A stretch of 64,000 bases of DNA. Source: an uncultured delta proteobacterium (GTDB lineage Bacteria; Desulfobacterota; Desulfobacteria; Desulfobacterales; UBA2156). Below, in pieces: positions 25,814 through 35,767 of this stretch. The position numbers and the translations under genes were made by a program. The notes below the pieces were generated by a model. The model worked only from the letters and a program-made list of their open reading frames with translations, did no database searches and had not been told where the DNA came from. Position 1 is the first letter of the stretch. The number at the start of each line of letters is the position of its first letter. The stretch covers positions 687,464-751,463 of the forward strand of contig CAVTQK010000021.1 in the NCBI GenBank assembly GCA_963736855.1. Direction: 5' to 3'.

Positions 25814-27535
25814 TTATGTTTTCCGACTATTTCGCAGGGTTTTGGTCCCTTCGAGATCCGGTTCCCAAGTCTTCGGGTCGATCACGACCCCGTAGTCCTG
25901 CTTTGCCCCTTCAATGCTCACATAACCGCGTTCGACATCTCTTTTAACCAGGTCCAGTTCTCTTTCGAACGGATTCCCGTATCCTCCCCCGCCGGCACTA
26001 TAAAAAGCAAGGACATCACCCGGATCGCAAAAGGTGAGGCCGCTGGGGTCTGCCGGATCCCCGTTTTTTAAAAACCGGGCCTTGGCTCCCGCTTGACCCC
26101 CGAAAATCCCCTGGGGCGCATACCGGAACCGGCCGGCCTGAACCGCAATCGTGACCTGTCCCTGGGGCGCCTTTTCATCATCCGGAATCCGGATTACCAT
26201 CCTTCGCCCCAGGCCGCCGCGACGTTTTCCGGGGCCTCCGGAATCACAAACCAGTTCTCTCGCTTCCACAATCAGCGGGGTGTCGCTTTCGAAGATTTCA
26301 ACGGGTGTATTCGCACCGTTGGCCGGAAAAATGGCACAATGATGGCCGTCCATCCGGTTGCTTGCACCCAATCCGCCCCCTCTGATGATCATGGTGTGCC
26401 AGGGTTTTCCGTCATGTCTTTTCCCATAAAAGATGTTGGTCTGGGCCGGGGTTCCGCCGCTGTCGGTGATGATGCGATCCGGTGCTGCCTTGGAAAGGGC
26501 GCGAAAGACCATCTCGGTCATAAAATGACCGATCTGCATACGGGCGGCAACCGCCGCCGGAAAACGACAATGAACCACCGATCCTTCCGGCGCCGTCATC
26601 CGGACCGGCCGGATGGCCCCCTCATTAATCGGAATCTCCGGATCAAAAGCGCTTTTGATGGCCATAAATACATACGCATAGGTAAAATTGAAGACCACGT
26701 TGACTCCCCAGTCCACCTGCGGAGAAGTGCCGTCAAAATCCACCGATATATCGTCCCCATCCACTGAGACACACAGCTTGATGTCGATGTCTTTCCGCTT
26801 GCCCGCCCCTTCGATCCGGCCTTCATAGGGATACTTCCCATCCGGTATTTTTGAGATGGCTTCCCGCATGCTTTTTTCAGTGCGCTCGATGATCTCATCA
26901 GCCAGATCGTCCAGGTTGTCCAGTTTTTCATCCTGAAGCATTTCGATGATTTTTTTGGAACAGACATGGTTGGCGGCCACCTGACTCCGGATGTCCCCGA
27001 CCACCTCCTTGGGCGTCCTCACGTTCCATCGGATCATGTTCAGGACTCCTTCGTTGAGAACTCCTGCATCGTAGAGCTTCAACGGCGGGATAAATAGACC
27101 CTCTTCATAGACTTCCCGGTTATCGGAGGAGACCCTCCCCCCGATGTCTGAATGGTGAAAAACGCAGGCGGTAAAAGCCACGGGCCTTCCCTGGTAAAAA
27201 ATGGGGCTTAAAACACATACGTCGTTAAGATGTCCGGCCAGAAGCCATGGGTCGTTGACGATAAAAACATCCCCTTCCCGGTATTGGTCCAAGGGAATAG
27301 ATCGTACGATTTTTTTGACCCCCAACGCCATGGCACCGGCCTGCCCCGGGGTGCAGAAGGTCCCCTGGACGAGTTCCTGACCGCGGCTGTCCGTAAACAT
27401 ACAGGTATAATCATGGGCATCCCGAAGAAGACTGGAAAAGGCCGTGCGGGAAACGGATGCGTCGGCCTCGTCCACGATGGAGACCAGACGGCGCCAGAGG
27501 ATCTCAAGGGTGATGGGATCAAAAGGTTTCGGCAT
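25814..27535 (-). CDS. hydantoinase B/oxoprolinase family protein
   Basis: Start reassigned to ATG 27535 (GGGAGGA RBS; MPKPFDPITLEILWRRLVSIVDEA...). The 138-codon upstream extension in the ORF track overlaps the preceding gene. Confidence 0.8.
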   Translation of the reverse strand: MPKPFDPITLEILWRRLVSIVDEADASVSRTAFSSLLRDAHDYTCMFTDSRGQELVQGTFCTPGQAGAMALGVKKIVRSIPLDQYREGDVFIVNDPWLLAGHLNDVCVLSPIFYQGRPVAFTACVFHHSDIGGRVSSDNREVYEEGLFIPPLKLYDAGVLNEGVLNMIRWNVRTPKEVVGDIRSQVAANHVCSKKIIEMLQDEKLDNLDDLADEIIERTEKSMREAISKIPDGKYPYEGRIEGAGKRKDIDIKLCVSVDGDDISVDFDGTSPQVDWGVNVVFNFTYAYVFMAIKSAFDPEIPINEGAIRPVRMTAPEGSVVHCRFPAAVAARMQIGHFMTEMVFRALSKAAPDRIITDSGGTPAQTNIFYGKRHDGKPWHTMIIRGGGLGASNRMDGHHCAIFPANGANTPVEIFESDTPLIVEARELVCDSGGPGKRRGGLGRRMVIRIPDDEKAPQGQVTIAVQAGRFRYAPQGIFGGQAGAKARFLKNGDPADPSGLTFCDPGDVLAFYSAGGGGYGNPFERELDLVKRDVERGYVSIEGAKQDYGVVIDPKTWEPDLEGTKTLRNSRKT

Positions 27536-29666
27536 GGCATCCTCCCTTTCCCTTTTCCAGATCGATCCATATAAAACCGTAATCGTCCACAACAGCGGCA
27601 GCATCTTCTCCGAGGATGATGGTGGACTCCTTTTCTTCGATGATGGCCGGGCCCCCGAATGAAGCTCCTGGGAAAAGCCGCATCCGGTCGTAGACCGCAA
27701 AAGGAATGAATTGCCTCTTGTTGACGGAAAAGGCATTGCGCTCCCCCTTAATGCACGCCGTAAGATTCGTTTTTCGAATTTGCAGCTTCGGGATGTGAAA
27801 GGGGGGCTGGGGAATCTGTGCCCGAACTTTAAAGGTGACAAACTCCACCGGCGTTTCCGGGTAGGTTCGGCCGTATAGCTTTCGATAGCTGTCATCGAAA
27901 AGCCTTCGAATCTCCTCCTTGGAAAAATGGAAAAAGGGCTTTCTTTCAATAACGAGATCCGTCTCGGACCCCTGGCCGATAAAACGCATGCTCAAGACGC
28001 GCTGAAAAAGAATTTCCTCCTGTTTCCCGGCCGATTGCAGAACCGCCTCGCCGTCTTTTTCCATTCCTGAAAAAAGCTGTTCCACCTCTTGGAAATCGGC
28101 GATATCCATTCTCACCCGGTGGCTGCGGGAAAGATCGAAGGCAATCGGTGCCGTAAAAAACCCGAGGGCCGACCCCACGCCGGCCAACGGCGGAACCAGA
28201 ATACGGGGGGCCCCGATCTTTTTGGCCAAACCGTAGGCATGAACCGGCCCGGCGCCGCCAAAGGCCAGGATCAGGACCACCTGCGGGTTTCCCCCCTTTT
28301 CCGCGATGTGGGTCTTGGCCGCCGCCGCCATGGTTTCATTGATCAGATCATGGATTCCGAAAGCCGCTTCCAACGCCGTCGTGCCGAGCGGAGACGCAAT
28401 CCTCTCTGTAATGGCTGCTTCAGCCGATGCTTTGTCCAACGGCATGGTACCGCCCAGAAAATAATCGGGATCCAGGTAACCGAGGACCAGGTCAGCGTCC
28501 GTTACCGTCGGTTCCATGCCGCCCCTTTGATAGCAGACCGGCCCGGGATCGGCCCCGGCACTATCCGGACCCACCTGGAGAAGCCCCATCCGGTTTATCC
28601 TGGCTATGCTGCCGCCTCCGGCTCCGATCTCCATCAGGTCCACAACGGGAACCTGAATGGGCAGGCCGCTCCCTTTTTTAAAACGCTGGACACGCCCCAC
28701 CTCGAAAGTGGAAACCAGTCCGGCACGGCCCTTTTGAATCAGGCAGGATTTGGCCGTGGTTCCCCCCATGTCAAAACAGAACATGTCTTCCACCTTGAAC
28801 ATCTTCCCGTAATGCTGGGAAGCGATTACCGCTGCCGTGGGGCCCGATTCGATGATCCGAACCGGAAAGGCCTGGGCCGTCTCCACGGAAGTGATCCCGC
28901 CGCTGGAAAGCATTATGTAAAGCTTTCCGCCAAACCCGACCTGTCGCATCCTTAGGATAAGTTTTTTCAAATACTTTTCGGTGATCGGTTTGACATAGGC
29001 ATTGGTCACCGTGGTGGAGGTCCGCTCATATTCGCGGATTTGAGGAAGGACTTCAAAGGACGTGGAAAGAAACAGATCCGGGGCCTTTTCTTTTACGATC
29101 TCCTTGATACGTATTTCGTGAATCGGATTTTCAAAAGAGTTGATGAGACAAACCGCCAGGGACTCCATGCCCATGTCCAGCAGTTCCTTGAGCACCGCTT
29201 CCGCTTGGGCATCTTCCAGGGGTTTGAGAATGCGTCCGTCGCAGGCAATCCGTTCCCGGATTTCTTTACGGAAGGACCGGGGCACCAGAGGTTCTGGGTA
29301 TTCGGAGAAAATATCGTAGGCATCATACCGGAGTTCCCGGCCCAGTTCCAATACGTCCTTGAACCCTTCGGTGGTCATCAATCCGGTTTTAGCCCCTTTT
29401 CGCTCGATGATGGCATTGATGACCAGCGTGGTCCCATGGATAATCTCTTCCAGGTTCGACATAAATCCGGGATGTTGATCCAGAAGTTGGGATACGCCGT
29501 ATTCCACCGCTTCCGAAGGGTCCACCGGGGTGGTTAGGCATTTATAGACGTAAAACCGTCCGGTTTCGTCATCAACCAGCACAAAATCGGTGAAGGTTCC
29601 CCCGATATCGCAACCCAATCGATAACGGCCATGGGGCGATGCGCTTTCAGGATTCATAAGACGCAA
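27519..29666 (-). CDS. hydantoinase A/oxoprolinase family protein (acetone/acetophenone carboxylase-like)
   Basis: 715 aa. Has YRLGCDIGGTFTDFVLVD and FDMGGTTAK motifs. Confidence 0.85.
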   Translation of the reverse strand: MRLMNPESASPHGRYRLGCDIGGTFTDFVLVDDETGRFYVYKCLTTPVDPSEAVEYGVSQLLDQHPGFMSNLEEIIHGTTLVINAIIERKGAKTGLMTTEGFKDVLELGRELRYDAYDIFSEYPEPLVPRSFRKEIRERIACDGRILKPLEDAQAEAVLKELLDMGMESLAVCLINSFENPIHEIRIKEIVKEKAPDLFLSTSFEVLPQIREYERTSTTVTNAYVKPITEKYLKKLILRMRQVGFGGKLYIMLSSGGITSVETAQAFPVRIIESGPTAAVIASQHYGKMFKVEDMFCFDMGGTTAKSCLIQKGRAGLVSTFEVGRVQRFKKGSGLPIQVPVVDLMEIGAGGGSIARINRMGLLQVGPDSAGADPGPVCYQRGGMEPTVTDADLVLGYLDPDYFLGGTMPLDKASAEAAITERIASPLGTTALEAAFGIHDLINETMAAAAKTHIAEKGGNPQVVLILAFGGAGPVHAYGLAKKIGAPRILVPPLAGVGSALGFFTAPIAFDLSRSHRVRMDIADFQEVEQLFSGMEKDGEAVLQSAGKQEEILFQRVLSMRFIGQGSETDLVIERKPFFHFSKEEIRRLFDDSYRKLYGRTYPETPVEFVTFKVRAQIPQPPFHIPKLQIRKTNLTACIKGERNAFSVNKRQFIPFAVYDRMRLFPGASFGGPAIIEEKESTIILGEDAAAVVDDYGFIWIDLEKGKGGCHAETF

Positions 29667-29682
29667 TCCTCGGTTCTATGCG

Positions 29683-31311
29683 TTAAAAGATGCTCGGTTC
29701 TTCCCATACCCCGAAGACATCCATGAATACACCCGTCATTTCTCCCACCGTAGCGTATGCCTTGCAGCAGGCCACCAGACCGGGCATCACGTTCTTGCCG
29801 GTGGCCGCGCTTTTTTTCAAGGCTTTCAGGGTGCCGACCACTTCCCGGTTGTTTCTTTCCTTTCGAAGAGCCTTGAGGCTTTTGATCTGTTTTTTCGCCC
29901 AGCCCTCATCGTATTCGTGGAGTTCCACTTCAGGATGCTCTCCCTCCGTGTACTTGTTGACGCCCACCTTGATGATTTCCCGGTTCTGGAGCCCTTTTTC
30001 GAACTCATACGCCTGTCGGCTCACTTCTCTCTGGATGGCTCCCGCAGCGACGGCCCGAACCATCCCGCCCATCTCCTGAATCCGTTGCATCTCTTCGAGG
30101 ATCTTTGCTTCCATTTGTTTGGTGATGCTTTCGACGAAGTATGAACCGGCCAACGGGTCCACGGTGTCCCGCAGCCCCACCTCTTCCATGAGGATCTCCA
30201 GGGTCCTTAAAGAAAGCAGGGCCGCCCGGGGTGTGGGAATGGTAAAGGCTTCGTCAAAGGAGCATAGCGCCGTGGTCTGGGCTCCGCCGAGCGCGGCGGC
30301 CAGCGCATAGTAAGCGCTTCTGATAATGTTGTTCTCCGGCTGTTCCTTGGTCAGACCGCTCCCCCCGCCTCCGAAAAGGCCCCTCAGGAAAAGGTTTTTC
30401 TTGTTCCTGACGCCGTAATCCTCTGTCAGCATCCTGGCCCAGAGCTTGCGTGCCGCCCGGAACTTGGCCACCTGTTCCCAGAGATTTCCGAAGACGTTGA
30501 GATTGAAGGAAAACCTCCCCACGAATTCCTCGGGTGAAAGGCCCCGGGCCGCTACATTATCGATATAGGCTCTGGCGATTTCCAATGCACAGGCGATTTC
30601 CTGGGCCGGGGTCGCACCCGATTCCCGGATATGATATCCGCAAACACTCACCGGGTTACAGCGAGGCAACTCCTTTACCGCATATTCGATGCAGTCCCCC
30701 ACCAGCCGGACCGCCGGTTCCACGGGGAATATCCATGCCCCGCGACCGACCATTTCCTTCAAGATATCATTTTGAGGAGTGGCGCTGATAGCCTCCTTGG
30801 CATAACCGAATTTTTCTGCCGCTGCCTGATACATCGCCAGCATGACGGTGGCATTGGCGTTGATGGTCAACCCGGATCCGATACGATCAAAGGGGATGCC
30901 TTTGAAGGCAATCTCGAAGTCCCTGAGAGAATCCACGGCCATCCCGACCCGTCCGACTTCCCCTTCCGCCCTCGGGTCATCGGAATCGAGCCCCATCTGG
31001 GTGGGAAGGTCGAAGGCCACATTCAACCCGGTCTGACCGTGGGAGATCATCCACCTGAACCGCTCGTTGGTCTCCTTGGGAGTACCAAAACCCGTATACT
31101 GCCTCGTAGTCCACGCCCGGCTCCGGTATCCGCCGGGATGGATACCCCGCGTGAAAGGGAATTCCCCTGGATCTCCCAGGTCTTTTTGATAATCAAAGCC
31201 CACGGCATCGAGGTCTTGCGGTCCGTAGCATGTCTTGACCCGGATGCCGCTCTGATAGATCACCTCTTTGATGGCGTCCTTCTCGTCCCGAACATATTTT
31301 GCCACACCCAT
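29683..31311 (-). CDS. B12-dependent acyl-CoA mutase, large (substrate-binding) subunit
   Basis: 542 aa. Has FPFTRGIHPGGYRSRAWTTRQYTGFG and ETNERFRW.. strings of the methylmalonyl-CoA mutase family. Sizes resemble split ICM/HCM-type mutases. Confidence 0.8.
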   Translation of the reverse strand: MGVAKYVRDEKDAIKEVIYQSGIRVKTCYGPQDLDAVGFDYQKDLGDPGEFPFTRGIHPGGYRSRAWTTRQYTGFGTPKETNERFRWMISHGQTGLNVAFDLPTQMGLDSDDPRAEGEVGRVGMAVDSLRDFEIAFKGIPFDRIGSGLTINANATVMLAMYQAAAEKFGYAKEAISATPQNDILKEMVGRGAWIFPVEPAVRLVGDCIEYAVKELPRCNPVSVCGYHIRESGATPAQEIACALEIARAYIDNVAARGLSPEEFVGRFSFNLNVFGNLWEQVAKFRAARKLWARMLTEDYGVRNKKNLFLRGLFGGGGSGLTKEQPENNIIRSAYYALAAALGGAQTTALCSFDEAFTIPTPRAALLSLRTLEILMEEVGLRDTVDPLAGSYFVESITKQMEAKILEEMQRIQEMGGMVRAVAAGAIQREVSRQAYEFEKGLQNREIIKVGVNKYTEGEHPEVELHEYDEGWAKKQIKSLKALRKERNNREVVGTLKALKKSAATGKNVMPGLVACCKAYATVGEMTGVFMDVFGVWEEPSIF

Positions 31312-31314
31312 TTT

Positions 31315-31719
31315 CTATCCCCCATTGACCAAAGACTGAATGGAGCTGGTGATTTCGGAAAACGGCGTTCCTCCGGGAAAAACAGCGGCCACACCGATCT
31401 CTTTCAACGGATCGATATCCTTTTTGGGGATCACCCCGCCGACGACCACTTTGATGTCTTCCATTTCTTCCTGTTTCAAACGGGAAATCAGCCTCCGGCT
31501 GATGGACAGGTGCGCGCCGGTCATGATACTCAACCCGATCACATCCACCGATTCTTGAATCGCCGTGTGAACGATCTGATCGATGCTCTGATGAAGACCG
31601 GTATAAGTGACCTCCATGCCTGCATCCCGCAGCGCCAGGGCGACGATTTTAGCCCCCCGGTCATGCCCGTCCAGGTCGGGCTTGGCGATGAGCACCCGTA
31701 TCCTTCTTCTTGCTTCCAT
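31315..31719 (-). CDS. acyl-CoA mutase small subunit (cobalamin-binding domain)
   Basis: Start set to ATG 31719 (GAGG RBS): MEARRRIRVLIAKPDLDGHDRGAKIV carries the DxHxxG B12-binding motif. Confidence 0.85.
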   Translation of the reverse strand: MEARRRIRVLIAKPDLDGHDRGAKIVALALRDAGMEVTYTGLHQSIDQIVHTAIQESVDVIGLSIMTGAHLSISRRLISRLKQEEMEDIKVVVGGVIPKKDIDPLKEIGVAAVFPGGTPFSEITSSIQSLVNGG

Positions 31720-31797
31720 TACTGATACCTCATTTTGATTGATTCTCCCCAACGGCTTCATTTCTTCCGACGTTCCAGTCCGCTCGTCTTATGCCGA

Positions 31798-32508
31798 TCA
31801 CGCCAGAGTATGATCCTCATCAAAAGCTTCAACGACGGCGGTACAACCGCGCACAATGTGATCTTTCACCAGCCGTTCCACTCCTTCGGCATCCCGTTGC
31901 CGGATATGTTCGAGCATCCGTTTGTGGTCGTCATTGCTCACCGAAGCCAATATTTCATTTCGCAAAATGATCCGCCGGAAGCGAAAAATCTGGTCACGCA
32001 GCTCGTTGATCATCTTGATGAGCCTGGGGCTGCGGCTTAGAGCATAGAGCAGATCATGGAACTCCGTGTTGATCCGGGTCAGAGCGTCCAGATCTTTTCG
32101 AGCCAGAAAACGTTCATATTCGGCAATCTTTTGCTGCAGCGGGATCAGTTCTTTTTCCTTATGTTGGATCGCGGAAAGCCTCGCAGCGTAGCTTTCAAGG
32201 ACCCCCCGGATGCCGAAGGTCTCTTCGATGTCTTCCCGGCTTAAGCCTAAAACCTTGAAGCCGCCCCGGGGGAGCCTTTTCAGAAGCCCTTCCTGTTCCA
32301 GTTTGTGGATCGCCTCTCTAACCGGTGTTCGGCTGATTCCCATGGCCTCGGCAATCCGGCTTTCCACCATCCGGCTTCCCGGCCCGATGTTCCCCCTCAC
32401 GACGGCCTGTCTCAGGTTTTCGAAAACACGATCCCCTAACGATTTCCTTTCGTAAAAACGGTGCAGGGGCTTCAGGTCAAACGCTTCGTCAATATCAATG
32501 CGATCCAT
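31798..32508 (-). CDS. GntR family (FadR/FCD subfamily) transcriptional regulator
   Basis: Has a wHTH (RMVESRIAEAMGISRTPVREAIHKLEQEGLL) plus a helical FCD-type C-terminus. Start chosen at ATG 32508 (AAGGA RBS) rather than 32535. Confidence 0.8.
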   Translation of the reverse strand: MDRIDIDEAFDLKPLHRFYERKSLGDRVFENLRQAVVRGNIGPGSRMVESRIAEAMGISRTPVREAIHKLEQEGLLKRLPRGGFKVLGLSREDIEETFGIRGVLESYAARLSAIQHKEKELIPLQQKIAEYERFLARKDLDALTRINTEFHDLLYALSRSPRLIKMINELRDQIFRFRRIILRNEILASVSNDDHKRMLEHIRQRDAEGVERLVKDHIVRGCTAVVEAFDEDHTLA

Positions 32509-32519
32509 TTGCCATCCTT

Positions 32520-33653
32520 TTACAGACCGGCCCATCGGGCGATATTGGTCTGGAGGACTTCATGGGTACCCCCACCGTTTAACAGGAAACGACTGTCGCG
32601 GTAGTAACGTTGCACAGGATATTCCATGGAATACCCATACGCCCCAAAGATACGGGTCGCTTCGTCAGCCGCCTTACAGGCCGCTTCGGTGGCGAAATAT
32701 TTGGCCATGGTGGCCTCTTTGAGGCATGGGATTTGGTTGTCGATCATCTTGGTCGCCTGGTAAGTGAGCAATCGGGCAGCTTCCAGTTCGGTGGCCATGA
32801 TGGCGACCTTGGACTGGATGAGCTGATACTGGGCGATGGGACGGCCGAAGGCGACCCGCTCTTTGGCATAGCGGATGGAATCGGTCATGGAGGCTCTCAG
32901 CAAGCCAACGGCCAAAGCTGCCGTCATGGCTCGGATTTCAGAAAGGATGGACATGAGGTTGTTCAGTCCCTCCCCTTCCTGGCCCAGCATGAATTCCGGT
33001 GGAATGTGCACATTGGTGAAGGCTACCTCGGACATCTGGGTCGTCCGGGTTCCCAGGAGTTCAAAGGGAGCGCTCACCGAAACCCCCGGCATCTCCCGGG
33101 GTATAAAAAAGAAATTGAGTCCCCTCAGCTTCTTAGCCGGATCGGTCTGGCACAGGACCGTATAAAAATCAGCGATGGGGCCATTGGTCACCCAGGTCTT
33201 CATCCCATTGACCACAAACCCGTCCTTGGTCCGCTGGGCCAGAGTGGTCACTGCGCCCAGGTCCGAACCGGCTTCAGGCTCGGTCAGACAAAAGCACGGG
33301 ATCTTTTCGCCCCTCATGGCAGGGAGGAAATACTTTTCCCGCATTTCTTCCGTTCCGTAATGAAAAAGAAAGTTCGTACCCATCAGGCACTGCATGGCGG
33401 TGATGGCGGCAAAGCTCATGAGACCTACGGCCAGCTCCTCACAGATAATGCAATACAAAGTGGTGTTCCCGCCGCTGCCTCCCTTGTCCCTGGGATACCG
33501 AATTCCAAAGACCCCCATTTTCGCCACTTTCTGGAACAGTTCTGCGGGAAATTCCCCTGAAGCATCCACCTGTTGCGCCTTGGGAATCACTTCCTTCTCC
33601 ACAAAACGAGCCATGCTTTCCCGGATAAGATTTTCAGGGTTGGACCGAATCAT
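32520..33653 (-). CDS. acyl-CoA dehydrogenase
   Basis: 377 aa. Has CLTEPEAGSDL, a typical ACAD middle/C-terminal region, and YEGTHEV-like GGGTHEV. Confidence 0.85.
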   Translation of the reverse strand: MIRSNPENLIRESMARFVEKEVIPKAQQVDASGEFPAELFQKVAKMGVFGIRYPRDKGGSGGNTTLYCIICEELAVGLMSFAAITAMQCLMGTNFLFHYGTEEMREKYFLPAMRGEKIPCFCLTEPEAGSDLGAVTTLAQRTKDGFVVNGMKTWVTNGPIADFYTVLCQTDPAKKLRGLNFFFIPREMPGVSVSAPFELLGTRTTQMSEVAFTNVHIPPEFMLGQEGEGLNNLMSILSEIRAMTAALAVGLLRASMTDSIRYAKERVAFGRPIAQYQLIQSKVAIMATELEAARLLTYQATKMIDNQIPCLKEATMAKYFATEAACKAADEATRIFGAYGYSMEYPVQRYYRDSRFLLNGGGTHEVLQTNIARWAGL

Positions 33654-33711
33654 ATCACGCGTTCTCCTTTCGGCTCTTAAGCCGATCGTATGAATGTCTG
33701 AATACGGACAC

Positions 33712-34899
33712 TCATTTGTTTGTCGATTTGAGCTGCCGGATCATTTCCGGAACGATTTCATGAAGGTCGCCCACGATCCCCCAGTCGGCCACCTGGAAGA
33801 TGGGAGCACGGGGATCCTTATTGACGGCGATGATGTACCGGGAATTCATCATGCCGGCCCGATGCTGGATGGCTCCGGAAACCCCGCAGGCAACGTAAAT
33901 CTCCGGGCGCACCGACTTGCCTGTCTGCCCCACCTGATTTTCCTGGGAGATCCAGCCTTCCTCCACAGCCACCCGGGTCCCGGCCACTTCACCTCCCATG
34001 AGATCCGCCAGTTCTCTGAGGGCATTGAATCCCTCGGCATCCCCCACGCCCCGACCTCCGGCCACGATGACCTTGGCTTCCGTAATATCGGTTCCCTTTT
34101 TCCGCTCCTGAATCGTTTCCAGGACTTTGACCCCGATTCGGGATTCGGCAATCCGCACGCGATGACGGACGACGACTCCCTTCTTATCCGGTGTCGAAAT
34201 CGCCGCCATGACGCCGGGCCGGACCGTGGCCATCTGGGGGCGGGAATACCGGTTGGCGATGGTCGCCATGACATTGCCGCCGAAAGCAGGCCGGGTCTGC
34301 AGCAGGATTTTTTCCTTGGAATCAATGGCCAACTCCGTACAATCAGCCGTGAGGCCGCAACCTACACGCCGGGAGATCCGGGGCGCGAGATCCCGCCCGA
34401 GATGAGAAGCCCCCAACAGCAGAATATTCGGTTTATAGGCCTTTACCAGCTCTTCCACCACATCGGCGTAAGCGGTGGTCCGGTATTGCGTCAATGCCTT
34501 GTGCTGCACAAGATAGACCTTGTCCGTTCCATATCGGATCAGGGTTTGCGCCAGGTTCGAGACCTGGTACCCGGCTAAAATGGCGCAGACTTCCTGTCCC
34601 AGCTCCTGTCCCAGTTCCTGGGCTTTTCCTAAGAGTTCGAGGGAAACACGGTTCAATTGACCGTTGCGCTGCTCTGCAAAGACCCATACCCCCTGATGGT
34701 CCGAGAAATCCGGAATCGTTTTGGGTTCGGCATCCGAACGCAAAGCCTTGGCCCTGCAGACTTCCAGGCAGGCGCCGCATGTCGTGCATCGATCCAGAAT
34801 ATGGGCTTTGCCGTCCTTGATTTCGATGGCACCGTATGGACAGGCCTTGAGGCACAGTCTGCATCCGTCACAAAGATCCTTTTCCACCCAGACGACCAT
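33712..34899 (-). CDS. etfA: electron transfer flavoprotein alpha subunit with N-terminal 2x[4Fe-4S] ferredoxin domain
   Basis: Has [12 protein letters not shown] and [11 protein letters not shown], followed by an EtfA/FixB body ([23 protein letters not shown]). Confidence 0.85.
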   Translation of the reverse strand: MVVWVEKDLCDGCRLCLKACPYGAIEIKDGKAHILDRCTTCGACLEVCRAKALRSDAEPKTIPDFSDHQGVWVFAEQRNGQLNRVSLELLGKAQELGQELGQEVCAILAGYQVSNLAQTLIRYGTDKVYLVQHKALTQYRTTAYADVVEELVKAYKPNILLLGASHLGRDLAPRISRRVGCGLTADCTELAIDSKEKILLQTRPAFGGNVMATIANRYSRPQMATVRPGVMAAISTPDKKGVVVRHRVRIAESRIGVKVLETIQERKKGTDITEAKVIVAGGRGVGDAEGFNALRELADLMGGEVAGTRVAVEEGWISQENQVGQTGKSVRPEIYVACGVSGAIQHRAGMMNSRYIIAVNKDPRAPIFQVADWGIVGDLHEIVPEMIRQLKSTNK

Positions 34900-34915
34900 A
34901 TTGTTCTTTTTCCTT

Positions 34916-35743
34916 TCACAATTCGCATGTGGACGCGAAAGCCTTGCAGGCGGTGGCCCCTTCGCTTTCTTTCAGTTTTCGGATCAGCTCCCTGACAACG
35001 GTCTCCTTGCTCCCTTCCAGGATCTTTCCTTCCCGCTTGAACTTGGGGGCAAAGGTACGGATCACATGGGTCAGAGACCCTTCCAATCCCACTTGCTGAG
35101 TCTTGACGCCGATGTCCGCCGCGTTCCAGATCTGAATGGGCGCTTTTTCACGGCACGCCCAGAGCAATCGTTCCACCCGGGGGAATCGCGGGTTATTCAT
35201 TTCCCCGATGACGGTGATCAGTGCGGGAATCCGACATTGGAGACGTTCATAGCCGTCTTCCAACCTCCGTTTGACCGTGATCTGTTTTGGGCTCACCGCT
35301 TCGATGTCGAACACATAGGTGGCCTGAGGAATCCCAAGCCAGTCGGCCACCTGGGGTCCGATCTGGGCCGTGTCCCCGTCAATGGCCTGCCGGCCGCTGA
35401 AGACGAGGTCAAAATGGCCGACCTTCCTGATCGCCATGGACAGGGTGAAAGAAGTGGCCCAGGTGTCGGCTCCGGAAAAAGCCCGGTCCGTAAGCAGAAT
35501 CCCTGCATCGGCCCCCATGCCGAAGGCTTCCGATATCACATCGATGGCCTGCACGGGCCCCATGGAAACAACCGTCACTTTTCCGCCGAACCGTTCCTTG
35601 AGGACCAGGGCCGCTTCCAAGGCATGGGTATCATCCGGGTTCATGATGCTTTTCAGCCCTTCACGAATGAGATTTCCGGTCTTGGGGTCCAACTTGACTT
35701 CCGTAGTATCCGGCACCTGCTTGATCAATACGATGCTGTCCAT
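34916..35743 (-). CDS. etfB: electron transfer flavoprotein beta subunit
   Basis: 275 aa. MDSIVLIKQVPDT...NPDDTHALEAAL and FSGRQAIDGDTAQ are typical of EtfB/FixA. Confidence 0.85.
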   Translation of the reverse strand: MDSIVLIKQVPDTTEVKLDPKTGNLIREGLKSIMNPDDTHALEAALVLKERFGGKVTVVSMGPVQAIDVISEAFGMGADAGILLTDRAFSGADTWATSFTLSMAIRKVGHFDLVFSGRQAIDGDTAQIGPQVADWLGIPQATYVFDIEAVSPKQITVKRRLEDGYERLQCRIPALITVIGEMNNPRFPRVERLLWACREKAPIQIWNAADIGVKTQQVGLEGSLTHVIRTFAPKFKREGKILEGSKETVVRELIRKLKESEGATACKAFASTCEL

Positions 35744-35767
35744 AGGTATCTTCCTGAATAAACTTGT

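Noticed and set aside
27536-27949. 138-codon N-terminal extension of the hydantoinase B ORF (the track gives 25814-27949, 711 aa).
   Set aside because: The extension overlaps the 3' end of the hydantoinase A gene in another frame and has low-complexity, non-homologous-looking sequence. The conserved N-terminus MPKPFDPITLEILW starts at ATG 27535 behind a GGGAGGA RBS.
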